A stretch of 64,000 bases of DNA from Phoronis australis (GCA_002633005.1 NMRA01000677.1:124001-188000), one strand, 5' to 3'; counted from the stretch's first letter, positions 41,955-54,284 are shown. Numbers and translations: made by a program. Notes: generated by a model not told the origin, from the letters alone.

Positions 41955-42775
41955 TAAACATAGATTATTACATGGCGAAGTTGTTATCCCCCATATTCTA
42001 GAGCCTGAGTGGATTTTGGAGAATCATCCAATTTTCCAAAATCCACGAGGGCTCTAGATAAGGGGAATAACGACTGAGAACATGTAATAATCTATTTTTA
42101 CCACATACTGAACGAGAAACATCGCCTCGGCTCAGTAACTACTTTCTGTGTCAGAGGCCCGAGGTCGGAGGTCGTGACCTTTTAAGAAAAGCCGAACTAT
42201 TTTTGTCAAATAATGCTTTTACTCAAAACCAATTGAAAATTTAAACAAAATAGAAATAAAGTGAATCTATAAATTAAGATTTAGCAACCATTATAGCTTG
42301 CTACACATTTTATCACGCTAAGCTTCGACCGGGAAACTATCGTCTGCTAAAGTAGGTTACCACTGGTAACTGAATATAATTCTCAAGTCAAAGGATCCCG
42401 ATGACACGATACCCGCATTTAAATTGGAGATCGGTGATTTACAAGTGAGAGAACATGAGAGAAAAAATTCACTGAATTAAAATATCGTTTTTATGGAAAT
42501 TATGCGTCTTATTTTTCATAGCGTATAAATGTCAGTACAATGCCCTTTGTTGAACATGTGATTGTTGCACGTGCTCAGTTAAGTACTCTATTTTCACGTT
42601 TGATGACGTCAGCCGCTGAGAGGTGCAGTGGTAAAGTCGACGACCCGAAACTCTTGCGGCCCGGGTTCGAAACCACCCTCGGTTCTTGCAATAAAGTTAT
42701 TTCACTAGTGAGATAACTAAATGGGTTATTACACGGTTATATTTGCCATTCGAGGCTAATATTGTGGTATAATGA
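41955..42775 (+). mobile_element. Non-autonomous element with about 140-bp terminal hairpin and tRNA-like module
   Basis: Hairpin atagattattacatg..tctagagcc..gtggattttgga / tccaaaatccac..ggctctaga..catgtaataatctat (41960-42095). A/B-box-like ggtgcagtggtaa..gggttcgaaacc at 42620-42675. Confidence 0.7.
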
Positions 42776-44214
42776 TATTTATTCCACGTACTAAAGATTT
42801 AACCTGGTTTTTGGCTGGCTCTTCCTTGAGCATTATAAACCATGTCACATGACTGTATAACAACATTTTGGTTGTTGTTCGGACACGTGACACGGTTATT
42901 GCATGGGGGTATCAAGACATATGCAGAATAATGTGAATTATGTTTGCAGTACAGAAGTTAAATTTCAACGAAATTGGAATGCACGTGCGTGTGTGCATAG
43001 TCTTTAAAGTGTGTGTGTGTGTATGTGTGTGTACGTAGGCACATGAATCTATAGCTACCTGAAACATGAGTATGAAAATACGAAATAAAATATACACCTA
43101 TAGCAGACCATGTTGTTCAGAACCACAGAGTCTACGGTGATTATTAAATGCGTAGTTTGTGGTCGCAAAATCCAAGGGGCTGAAAAATGAGTCTCCAGGG
43201 AGTTGTTATGCATTCTCAGTCTTACCGCTAATTAAACTGCCAGGCCATCATTAGGAACTATGTCCGTCTTCTCGTGCCTTGTGTATTGACAAAGAGCGGT
43301 CATTCACATGGCAACGCAGTCTTGTATAAAGCATGTACTCAAATGACTGCAGTCGGCTGAGGTCAAAACAGCTACAAATTCGGTGCATGTTCTGCAACAG
43401 TGTGCTTTTTATGGGTGTTAAAAGTAACTGTTTAAAATTACTTGGCAAAGTAAAAATGAGATCGCTGTAGCGTTGTAAAGGGAAAGCTACTGCTTTTTTT
43501 TCGACGTTGCCTGAAAGATCTTTTTGCATGAACTACTGTTGCCATGGTATTTGTTTATTTCTTATGCAATAATATGAAGTCACACAATTGGCCTATCGAA
43601 AGGTCCATTCAATAAACACTAATAAATGTCTTAGACTACACCCGCAAAACCAGTCGGACATTGCATTCAGTCAACAGTACTGAATGCAGAAATAAGATGC
43701 AGGCCTTTGGCTGCCTTTCATGTTATTGTCTATTGTTACATAGATTGTAAATTCACACCAGGGCAAAAAAAAAACAAAAAATGTGGACAAATTTCTTTCC
43801 AAGATTTCAGTAAAGGTAACTTTAAAAATGTAAAACCTTGCTTGCCCGCATTGCAGTAGCTTGAAATAAGATCTCAAAACCTTTTGCTAACATTGATGTG
43901 GTGAGCGCGTGGCAGGTTTTAAAATGAGTCGTGGCATAGGCCAGAACCAATTCTGCTTTTTTTCCTGAAGTCTCACTGGCTCAAAAACTAGGTTGTCTGA
44001 CATGTAAGTTTTTCAGTGTGGAATGGGCATTGGTCGCTGACTGTACACGGAGATCAGTATACCCCCAACCTAAACCAACCAAATATCAATGGAATGCCTA
44101 CTGAATTGATACTTGCTGATCATGAATTCGTATATTGTATACCTGGTTATTGCGATGACACATTTTGTTGAAGACATGGTCACGTAATCTTGTCTCGTGA
44201 AATTTTCTTTTCAG

Positions 44215-44320
44215 ACGGGGATGGCAGTATCTGCAATGATTCACACTTCCCAAGAGTTTTCCTGCTAATGCATAGGTGGTTTGTTACCTCAGAGGAGTTG
44301 GCGGAACAGTTAATATATTT
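44215..44320 (+). CDS. RASGRP: RasGRP exon 2 (REM)
   Basis: tttcag|(D)GDGSICNDSHFPRVFLLMHRWFVTSEELAEQLIY(L)|GTATCCTT. FLLMHRW is characteristic of RasGRP. Confidence 0.95.
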
Positions 44321-47300
44321 GTATCCTTGGCTTATACTTCCATTAATGTCACTTTTCCATCAGGGGAATTCTGGTCTATCTTTTGTAAGTGTTGACAATA
44401 ATTCATGAATTTGGGACGACCGATATTTAATGATTCTAAAATTTGGTGCAAGCTTTGACCTCGAGCAAAATAATTAATTTTTCACGGTCCCAAAGTGGAA
44501 AGTTTTTACTCTATTGTAAGGGAGGCACTCCCAATGTCTGTTGTCAGTGCCCTCTGGTGAAGAACCTGAGTACTGCATAGAAAAGTCATATTATAAATTG
44601 TGCAATTCAATATTTTGCAACTTTTTACGGCACGTTTGTTTCATTATCCTGTCATTTGATGCTGTGTGCATATAGGTCTTAATTATCTAATAAAGAATTT
44701 AATACGATTTTTGCCTCATACATGTCAGTCATCATATGCCTGTCATTTGACAATGCGTTGTCATTTGGCAATTGACCATCATATGCGTGTGACTCAGTTA
44801 TGTGTCAAGTGTTGCTCTGACAGTGTATGCCTTAATTTTGCATGACGGTCAAGTCGTTTAACTGCAACTTTCCCAACCGAATGATGGCCCCTCCATCATG
44901 GCCCCTCCATCATGGCCCCTCCATCATGGCCCCTCCATCATGGCCCCTCCATCATGGCCCCTCCATCATGGCCCCTCCATCATGGCCCCTCCATCATGGC
45001 CATTCTAAATCCTTCTAAAGTCTCTTTAGCTTCTCTCGAAATATTATGGCCAACACCGCTAACGTTCCATTTTTCACTAGCGTCATTTTTTGTTCAAAAC
45101 GTTACTGAGTGCTTTGTGGTGTAATGTAAACTTGTACCTGCGCAGTAAACACTCATTGTTTTCAATGGTGTCGAAATAGAATTTTATTACTTTTATTCTG
45201 AATGGAAGAAACTTATGCACTATATGCAAGAGGGCTTGACAAGAAACTTCATTTTTTTGTTGTTTTATCTTAAATTTTAGCAGTACACAACTTATGCAAA
45301 AGTAACTAAATACCACCTAATGAGTAATTTGTTTACAGTGCAAAAATATCCAACGATAAAGGCATTTTTTCTGAAAGACATGCTAATTCTAGGAAGACTT
45401 TTCTTGTCAAAACTACCTAAGTTGCATTCCTGTAATGAGGTTGTTGTGTCTTGAACGTCAATCTGGCTACTTAGGACACCTGTTGTGATTAATTTGTCAT
45501 TTTAGACAGGTTGTTTATTCTCTGATTTGTCCTCTCCTAATCTGGGTCTATTTACCTTATTGACAATTATCTACTGTACGTCCATGACATTTTCATCTGC
45601 GTGGATTTGCCTGATGCGATGCCATTAACATTGTTTATAATCTTTTGTTTTCGAGCTCATTTCTTGGTAATGTCGGCTCATTGTGACGTAAGCAAATTCT
45701 TATGGTTCTCTTAAACAACATGTTTGTTTCGAATGTACTTCAAGAGAATTTAATACGGGTTTCAGGTTTTGAAACTGTTTTATTTTGTATCACGGATGAC
45801 GGTCGCATGTCAAGTGTTATGCTTTTAGAACGTTTTGTGTGTGTATCCTTATTTTTTCTACAACTTTCCATTAATTTATCCGTGAACACATTTTAGCACT
45901 TATTTTAATTGTTATTCGTAGACCATGTTTGTTGTGAGAATGCCAAGATCGCGCAAGACCTCGTAGAATCACGCGTGGTGCATGTAACCTCAGGACATAA
46001 CATGCGTAACCTTTGGGTTACTGATAAATCACATTTATTTCCACTTTTTCCTCTTATGTGTTATTTCCCCATTTTATATTGAATTTAGGGCTAATTCATT
46101 TTGAGTGGCATTGTTAATGATAACTTTAGTGTGGAGTAAGAACACCAATCATAGATAGTTGTTTATGTATTGTGCTTGGCTCAGATAAGTACACGCAGAA
46201 CTTCTATGATCCCAGCGTAAAGTATCAATTTGTATTTTGTTCTCCAGGCCTCACAAATGTCATCAACTTTGGCATACTTTGAAACAATGGGTGAACATTC
46301 CCTGGATTATGTCTTGTATTTAGTCTAAATGACGTTTAGTGTTGAAAAGTTTTTTTAAAAGTACTGAAAAAATCCCCCATGTTGTTTTTATTGTTTTATT
46401 CCATAACAAGAGAGAGCGCACCTTGTGATGAACTAAGTCCATGAGAAATGGACGAAACGACTACATCGACAACCTCAAAGTACGGCTTTTCAGTTCAAAA
46501 AAGGGTCTGTATTTATATCATTTTTAAAATTATTTGCATGGTCATCTAAAAATATCATAGTCATGGTTATTCATTTCTTATCGGTATATTCCTCTGTTCT
46601 GTTGCTGCATGAAAGCATAGTGATAATGTCAAAAATGTGTCATATATGTTGCCTTGGCGATGTATTGATTTTGAACCTGGATGATTTTATCTTGGTTCAT
46701 TGTACTGAAAAATTGCATAATGGGGTTTTTAATTCAAGTGCTTTTATTATCTGGCTGGCTCACTAATAATGTAAAAATGCCCAGTTGGTTTAATGAGCAT
46801 TTTAATTTGAATCGCTGTGGGTTTAATCTGGTGTAAAAAGCATTGCACTTACTGTTGTCGGCAACAATAGTCGACCTAGCCATTGCTAACTTGAACAGTT
46901 TTGAGCGGTTTTATTTGCACACCATGCAGTGTACGCCTATGATTTTCATTCATGGTTGCATAGGAGCTTATCATCAAATCAGCGCATTCAGCAAATTATC
47001 CAGAAAACTGGATTTTAACTCGTACAAATGCATTAAATGCATTTTTTCTTCAAGTAGAAATCTTATTGAAATTGATTTTTTAGTTTTTTACAAGTCTGTT
47101 AATTGGGTCACGTTACCATGTCTTTTTAGTAAAAATTAGCAAAATTGAAAGGTACATTGATAGTAAAACAACAGTATCGATAACATGATCAAATTTTATT
47201 TGATAGAAATGTTAAAGGTGAGATATCAAAAACACTGTTACAGTTTTCTAAGTTGTCATTTCACTTTCATTTTGTGCAACTTTAATAATTTTTCATGAGC

Positions 47301-48252
47301 ATCATAAAAATCTTATTTTTCGATAGTCCCTCATGCAAACAATTCCATTTTGTGATCAGTAAGTACGTGAAGCATAGTTTCATATATGGATCCGATTTAC
47401 TATTTCTGAGATACGATGTTCCGAAGTCGGCCAAATTTGGCCATTTTTATAGGTTCCAAACCCCTGCCTTCTATAAAAGACGTGATTAATCAGTATTGCC
47501 TCGGACCGATTGACCAGGCGCACTACAAAATTTTGTCATTAGTAGCTACGGTAGTTTTGGCCACTGAGGCAGTAAGGTAGACTGGGGATTTCCATGTAAT
47601 TTATTTTAACCAATAACCAATTTCAATTTGAATAAATTATAAGAATGTAATTACATTGCTCTTGATCAAAATGTCCTGTGGAAAAATTTGACACCAGAAC
47701 ATGGTTTGATGTGGCTTTGATTGTTAAATGTTTTTGTTTAGTTTTTATATCTCATGCTTCTTTTTTGTCTATTTGGAATATTACCAAAACACCAGGTGCA
47801 CTACTTCGACCTCTGCAGGGCATAATGAACTTGTGTAGTGTAGATCCATTTATAGGATTTGTTTTTAACATATGGCGTGATTGAAAACTACGGTAATTCT
47901 TCTCGAATTTTGCACAGTTACCTCATTTCTCATACCAGGAATTATGAAGAAAAGTACTGCTTTGTCTCTCACTTATTTCGCACAAGGCTACATGGCAGGA
48001 TTTTCTTGCCTCGCCTAATTCGCGCATGGTCAGTTTTCCTGGCAAGTTTGAAGCCGTTCTTGTGAATGAGTGGTGTAAAATTTACGACTGGACTTTGTGG
48101 TCACGAGTGATTGGCCAGAATTTGCTCATGAGTACTGTACGACGATGTGGCGCAGTGATAGCCATATGATAATAATTCATGTGTGAACGCAGAAATAAGA
48201 ACTGTCTTACTTTGTGCAGAAATTTTGTTTTTCCTTAATCTGGGCTAATCAG
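44321..48252 (+). other. U12-type (minor spliceosome) GT-AG intron
   Basis: 5' site GTATCCTT. Branch site TTCCTTAAT at 48231-48239, about 14 nt from the AG, with no polypyrimidine tract between them. Joins exons 2 and 3 in frame. Confidence 0.93.
44884..45001 (+). repeat. 14-bp minisatellite (atggcccctccatc) x about 8.4
   Basis: Perfect tandem copies visible in the sequence. Confidence 0.95.
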
Positions 48253-48366
48253 ATATCACTATGGTGCTTCTCGCGTGACATCGTGTGCAGACAAATGCAA
48301 ACACCGATTGAACGATGTGGATTGTCAACACCACAGATACAAGGCCAAAGTCTGTCACGCACTCAG
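48253..48366 (+). CDS. RASGRP: RasGRP exon 3 (REM, with Cys/His-rich insert)
   Basis: 114 nt, phase 2 to 2. YHYGASRVTSCADKCKHRLNDVDCQHHRYKAKVCHAL(R)|gtcagt; the end aligns with RasGRP LKICYFxR. Confidence 0.9.
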
Positions 48367-50100
48367 GTCAGTAATCAGTACACTCATCACTTTTAGTGGC
48401 AATATATTTATTGTAATCAATATTGGTTAGCATAGCTAGAAGACTTCCCAGCTCAAGTTTGCTGAGAAATGAGATTTTTGTGTTGTTTACGTGACAACTT
48501 TGATGTAGCGCAAAGTGACTCAGTGCAGACTGACGAAGCGCAAACTACCATGGCACCAATTGATGTTGGGTATAGGGACACGGCGCAATATCCACGTTAA
48601 TGGAGATATACGCCGCTTCGGCAATTTGTCTCCAGTTTTTTGAGGAAGTACAAGTTGTACTTATTGAAGGAGCAGGGAAATTGAAGCTTGGAAAAAATCA
48701 AATTGCGCGACGCACTATTAAGCTTGGTCATACAAAGCCGGGTGCAACCCAGTTTTTGTGCTATCTGTAAATCAATTGTTGCATCCAAATTATTTCCAAT
48801 TTTTCAGCTGCCGTTAGCGCAGCGTAATTAGTAATTACTCATAAGATATAGTGGCCAAGGTATACCAACAGTGAGCACTTTATTAAATACCAGGTGAAAA
48901 GTTCAAGGATATTTATACGTATCGTTTGGAGGTTATGAAAGGTCAGTCCAAAAGATGTGAAGGTCGTCGATTGTATTGCTGCTAAACTATTAATTTGATT
49001 TCATCCACCTATGCAAGCTGGCTAACTTGTAACATCACTGTTCTTGACAACTTTTTATTCAGTGGTAATAAAATAGTAACTGTTGTACATATGACTTGTG
49101 AGTGATTCCTGCCACTGAACCTAAATCTGGGTTCAGTTTGTAACTACATCATTGATAGGTTCAATAGGTCAAACAAGGTCACCTGATCCTTAATGGCCTT
49201 TCTTCATTAATGGCAAGATATCCTTGGCTTAGGAAAGCATCAATCTATAAAGAAGGTTAAATACCCCCCTTGAAACGAAGTTTAAAAACCCATATGTAGC
49301 CCCAAGGCCGGCTTTCCCACAGAAAGGGTTGCCAACTTGCGTGGAGATTTTGTCATCAAGGGAGATAAATCTAAGGTAGGAAGTTTTTTGACTTCGCAGT
49401 ATTGGTGGCCTTACCATCTTTGGTAGATGAATGAAATAAGAGGCAACCACCACAACGGGTATTGGCTTGGGTTAGGTTTTCGCATAAGGTATTATCTCGG
49501 TTTCCATTTTCCAAGCAGTCCGTGTGCAAGGATATACCCTTACCGATTATGTGGAAAAGTAAACCCAGGATAGTGACCTCGGCTGGCAGTAAACAGCTGT
49601 ATTTTGGCCATGAACATTTTAGTCTTTCTGAGTTTATAAATCAATGGTATATATTGCCAGCAATTCCCTTGTGGGCATAAGTGCTGTTTGTCTGTAACTC
49701 TCATGTCATATGATTGGCCATAGACTGCTGCTGCCACCTTTGGTAGCAGATTGTGGAAGATAATAGAAATTGGCTGAAATCAGTTGTTAGCTTTATGTCA
49801 AATTGAGCAACAAGATATTTAACATAATTTTCGAGATCATTAGCTTTTGGTCACGTAAATGCAGAACATAAACTTGTGCCCTTTGAAAACTAAGATTCTT
49901 TGCCCAGTCCTAGCTGAGGTAGTTGTTTTTATTTGCGTAAGCTGTTTTTATACTGCAAAACTCTGTGAATTCAGGCGCAGTCTGCATCTTGATGACCAGC
50001 TTCACAGCCTATCTTTGTTGAACAACATGCTTGTCAAAAGTATGAGATCGCTGTCTCAGATTTGACTGCATGGGTGGATGATCTGTGATGAGATGGCCAT

Positions 50101-50327
50101 CTGGACCCTGTTTCATGACTTAAGACAGAAAATTAGTCTTACGTTCCACGCAACTATTTCTCAAAAATAGTTCACCTGAGCAAAAAGCAGTCTCCAAGAA
50201 TACACTCATAACTGCTGGTATTGCTAAACTCTTAGACTGTGAAGCGCTCTTAATTACTTGGTTAAACCAGTTTGTTCAGCAATTGTAAAGTGAAGGCGGA
50301 AGACGAAGTTTCTGAAACAGACCCCAG
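50101..50327. mobile_element. PIF/Harbinger-like MITE
   Basis: TIR ctggaccctgtttca / tgaaacagaccccag. Similar termini near 9764-10045. Confidence 0.5.
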
Positions 50328-50393
50328 ATACATTTTTGTTGAGCGGGCTACTTCATTGTGATCTATTTGCGCAGTGCTTGCTTATTTTGACAG

Positions 50394-50525
50394 GTACTGG
50401 ATAAGGACATTTCCCGCAAATTTCGACCTCGACTCTGAACTGAGTAAAGTAGTGCAGTCATTTCAAGCAAAGATACAGTCTGATGGCAATAGTAAATTAA
50501 AAGATTTGGTTGATATCTCAAAAAT
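50394..50525 (+). CDS. RASGRP: RasGRP exon 4 (REM)
   Basis: gacag|g YWIRTFPANFDLDSELSKVVQSFQAKIQSDGNSKLKDLVDISK at|gtaagt. Confidence 0.95.
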
Positions 50526-51890
50526 GTAAGTATTACTAAACACACTTCATCTCAGTGTTGTCAAATTTATTTCTTAAATGTTTCCACAAATTGATTCTTC
50601 ACGTGTTTTAAGTGCACGATATGGCAGAAAAGTGGATTTTCAAGTTGTGCTAAATTTTTAACTTAATTTATTTATTTGATTAATTATGAGCCCAGTCTAT
50701 CTCAGTTTAAGCGCAGTTTGTACCTCATAACTGTCATGACAAAAACTCGTGGTAAAACTTTAACTACTGGTATCTGTAGCCATGGTAACCCTCCATTTAT
50801 TTGGCACAGAAATATTTCCCATTTTTCCATTTTTTCAAAGGCCAATAATTATTTTGATACAAATATTTGAAATTAGCAGATGTTGCTTAATGACAGCTTC
50901 ACAGTACATACCATGCTAGTAATAGTCTAAGCAAATTTCAATCTTCATGTTTGTGAAGAAATTTGAGAAAATAGAATTTGCGTGGTAAATAACTGAAGAA
51001 TCCCATGCATCCTGAGTTGGCCTTTGAAAAATAAAATAATGACAATTTGGCAGTTATCCAGAATCATTGAAGGGTTAACAGTACTTTTAGCACAGTGATT
51101 GAGTTTATCCAAGTCCTGATCAATAGGACACCAGATACAATCAGCGATCAGACTCTTACTAATTCGGAGTCCAATACTCGCAATTTCAACTCAAGTCAAC
51201 TCCGCTTTCCATGTAAGCCTATCTGATGCCAGACTTGAACAGTGTTTGTCTTTTTTTTTAAGTAATATTCAAAACTTGCGTCAAGCCCAAAATTGGACGT
51301 TTTTGTCCTAATATCTTTCTTTCGCACAAAAGTTTCTCTACTCTAGTCTGCAACATAATTCAAGACAATTGGATCATTAGTTAGGCACGGTTCATTTTAT
51401 AAAAAAAACATGCCTAGGGGCCATGACCCACTAGTAGTCAAATCTATTGGTCAATTTACATTATGTATGGGTCTCTTTAATTTCTTTTCCCTTTTCCAAT
51501 ACGATTTTTCAACAGCATTTCAAGTGTTATTTTGTCTAACGTCTCACGCCGTTATGCGTCTAGTGATTAGTCTTAACACAAACTGCATTTTAACCAAACA
51601 TAATTTCCTCAGTTGGAACCTGCATTTTATGATATGCAAAGCAATGTGGTACGCAGTAGTTTGCGGCGTCTGGCAACGCGGGTGTGATATTGACAAAGGC
51701 AATGGTGGCGACAGGGGCAGGATAAAATTTGAATTTTTCTGAGCCCCCTGCAATAATGTTTAGATTCCTAAGTGCCAGGCAATTGATCGAAGCATCCAGA
51801 GCTATTCCTGTTGACTGAATGACCCATTTATGAACTGTACTGTATTTCAGCCGTCTGCCTCAAAGTGAATCTCTTCTGATATTGTTGTAG

Positions 51891-52044
51891 TCCGTCATAT
51901 GATTGGATGAGAGTTGTGTCCGTGCGTAATCCTTCCATATCACGGCGGAATCAAAAGGTCAATCTGGTCTTTGAGCAGCTGGAGCCGGTAGTGTTGGCTG
52001 ATCAGCTCACGTATCTAGAGTTCAAGGCCTTCCGAAGGATCTCA
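51891..52044 (+). CDS. RASGRP: RasGRP exon 5 (REM-CDC25 linker, CDC25 start)
   Basis: PSYDWMRVVSVRNPSISRRNQKVNLVFEQLEPVVLADQLTYLEFKAFRRIS|gtacgt. Confidence 0.95.
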
Positions 52045-52874
52045 GTACGTTCTTTACAGCATTGAGCTACATATTTCACTGGAATGTCGTCTGTATGGAG
52101 ACATAAATCTACGTGTGATATTTGTTATTCATATCTAATGTTGACGTTCAAAAGTTTTTCAAAGTTCAAATTCTTACCAACATATGTTTAAATACTTATT
52201 AGCGTCGGAAAAATGAAAGAGTTATTATGTAATTGCTCAGTGATGTTTCTATGCCCCTATAGTTATCTGCGGTTAGTTTTTTGTCGTAGTGTGAACAACA
52301 ATATGTGTAGCCACATAATCTCAAAATGTTTTTTCATTTACGAAAAGTTTTCGGAGACGGACATCACCTTTCTTCCTGATAAAGTACTGTTATAAGAACT
52401 ATGAATCCTTTGCTTAAATATTGGGGAAAATATTAGAGTAAATTTCTAGATTTATGTTTCTTGTATCATTTATGCTTTGTTTTACTTGTGAAGTGAAATG
52501 GTGATGCATGCAATTTCAACTGTTGGCTCTTTGAAAATTTCACCAGTCGACCTCGTAGTCATCAGTTCTGTTAAGGCCTGGTCCAGGCTACATGGTTGGG
52601 TGGTCGCATGAGTTCCACGGTTCATAATTTGGGTACTCTAGTTTCTTACGGACCCAAGCACATATTTGTGGACTTGGAAATTCGATAAGCGAGTGTTTTC
52701 ACAACTGTCAATCAGAAATGTTGAGGCGAGCACTTAATCCATGTTGTGTGACGGGACATGCTATTGGCAAGCTCAGACGAATCGCACAATAGATCACATG
52801 TCATTGGGTTAATAAGATAACACACCACTGATTAGATTGCTTAGTGTAGATTCCTTATGAAATGTATTATTTAG

Positions 52875-53048
52875 TTTACAGATTTTAGAAATTACTGCAA
52901 TTCAATGATTCTCAAAGAGAACCAGAAGCTTGAAAGATCTGTGGCGTTATTCAACGGCCTGTCCAGCTGGATTCAGTGTATGGTACTTAGTAAGACTACA
53001 CCCCAACAGAGGGCAGATGTCATTGTCAAGTTCCTTAATATTGCCAAA
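52875..53048 (+). CDS. RASGRP: RasGRP exon 6 (CDC25)
   Basis: FTDFRNYCNSMILKENQKLERSVALFNGLSSWIQCMVLSKTTPQQRADVIVKFLNIAK|gtaagt. Confidence 0.96.
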
Positions 53049-53754
53049 GTAAGTGATGCCTAAGTTTGACAACTTCTGAGCACAGCACAGGGGTTTAGTT
53101 CATGGATTGTCATGTGCGAGGTCAGAGATCAAAGTCTGTGTTCTTTGTCGTATACTATGAGGATTCCTACACCTTTCTTTTGCCTCTCTGCACTCGGTCG
53201 TAACTTGAGGGCGTGCCAATGAGTGAATGTGATGTGAATGTAATAATCCTCTGTCTTGAGGTTGTACTTGTTAAACATGTATTAAAAAAGTTATTTATTA
53301 TTCGTGACTGTTTGAATTTTTGTGGTGGGGTGTGTATAGCACTTTGTAACAAAACTACTCCCCACTTACTTGTAGTCAGTTTATGCACATTATCATTCAT
53401 GTATTAGTGACTGAATTTATAATTATTTTACTCGCATGTCCACGTATATTTACCGCATGATGAAAAATTGGAATTTTATTTTGTCTAGTGAAGTTTCTCA
53501 CAAAATTTAGAACATTCAAGAATCAGTATTACTATTGCACAGTGCAGATGTAGTGTAGCAAATACTTGCCTTGGTTGACTTTCCATTTACTAAAGCAAGC
53601 TTCGAAATGTTTTTGAAAAGTATAGAATACAGCCAAATTTTTTCCTTCAAATAAAAGAGAAGTTATTAATTCCCCATGAGTTTCTTGTGAGAACTCTCGA
53701 CATATCGCCTTTAATCAAGTTGTGCTTATAGTTTACATTTTCCGTTCCTTTTAG

Positions 53755-53871
53755 CGACTTCATCACATTCAAAACTACAACACCCTTATGGCGGTTGTCG
53801 GCGGTCTAACTCACAGTGCCCTAGCTAGATTGTCAAGAACAAACGCATGTCTTCCCTCGGATGCTCAGAAG
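53755..53871 (+). CDS. RASGRP: RasGRP exon 7 (CDC25)
   Basis: RLHHIQNYNTLMAVVGGLTHSALARLSRTNACLPSDAQK|gtatga. Confidence 0.96.
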
Positions 53872-54284
53872 GTATGAGTCATTTTTATCAATACCAAAAG
53901 CAGAAAATGTGACAATAAAATTAGAAAAAAATTAATCATCGAATGTGCAGTAGCGTTTAGCTAAATGTAGGCATGTAATCTGATCAAGTACAGAACTCAT
54001 GCGTCTCCGTTGTGTGTATTATTGAGGCGAATGGTTGTTTGTTGTTGATCGTAATTCTTGAATTTGGGACGGCCAATCTTGCCTATTTCTAAACTTTTGT
54101 GGAAGCTCCGTCCTTGAGCAAAATAATTAATTTTTCACTGTCCTTAACTGGAGAGTTTTTATCGTAAATCTTCAGGAAAAAGTGCGATGGCAAAAGTACT
54201 TGCAAAGTAGCTAACTAACGTTGAGACTTGCCTGTGTTGGTGTCCAGAGACTGAATTTGATGAAGCTTATGCTTCTGTTTTCAG

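Noticed and set aside
44912-45124. ORF with repeated MAPPSWPLHHGPSI
   Set aside because: Translation of a 14-bp minisatellite inside an intron.
51841-51890. Alternative acceptor tttcag at 51850
   Set aside because: It lies 40 nt upstream of the homology-supported acceptor and shifts the frame.
52045-52874. Second U12 intron (TTCCTTATG near the 3' end)
   Set aside because: The donor gtacgt lacks the ATCCTT consensus; treated as U2-type.
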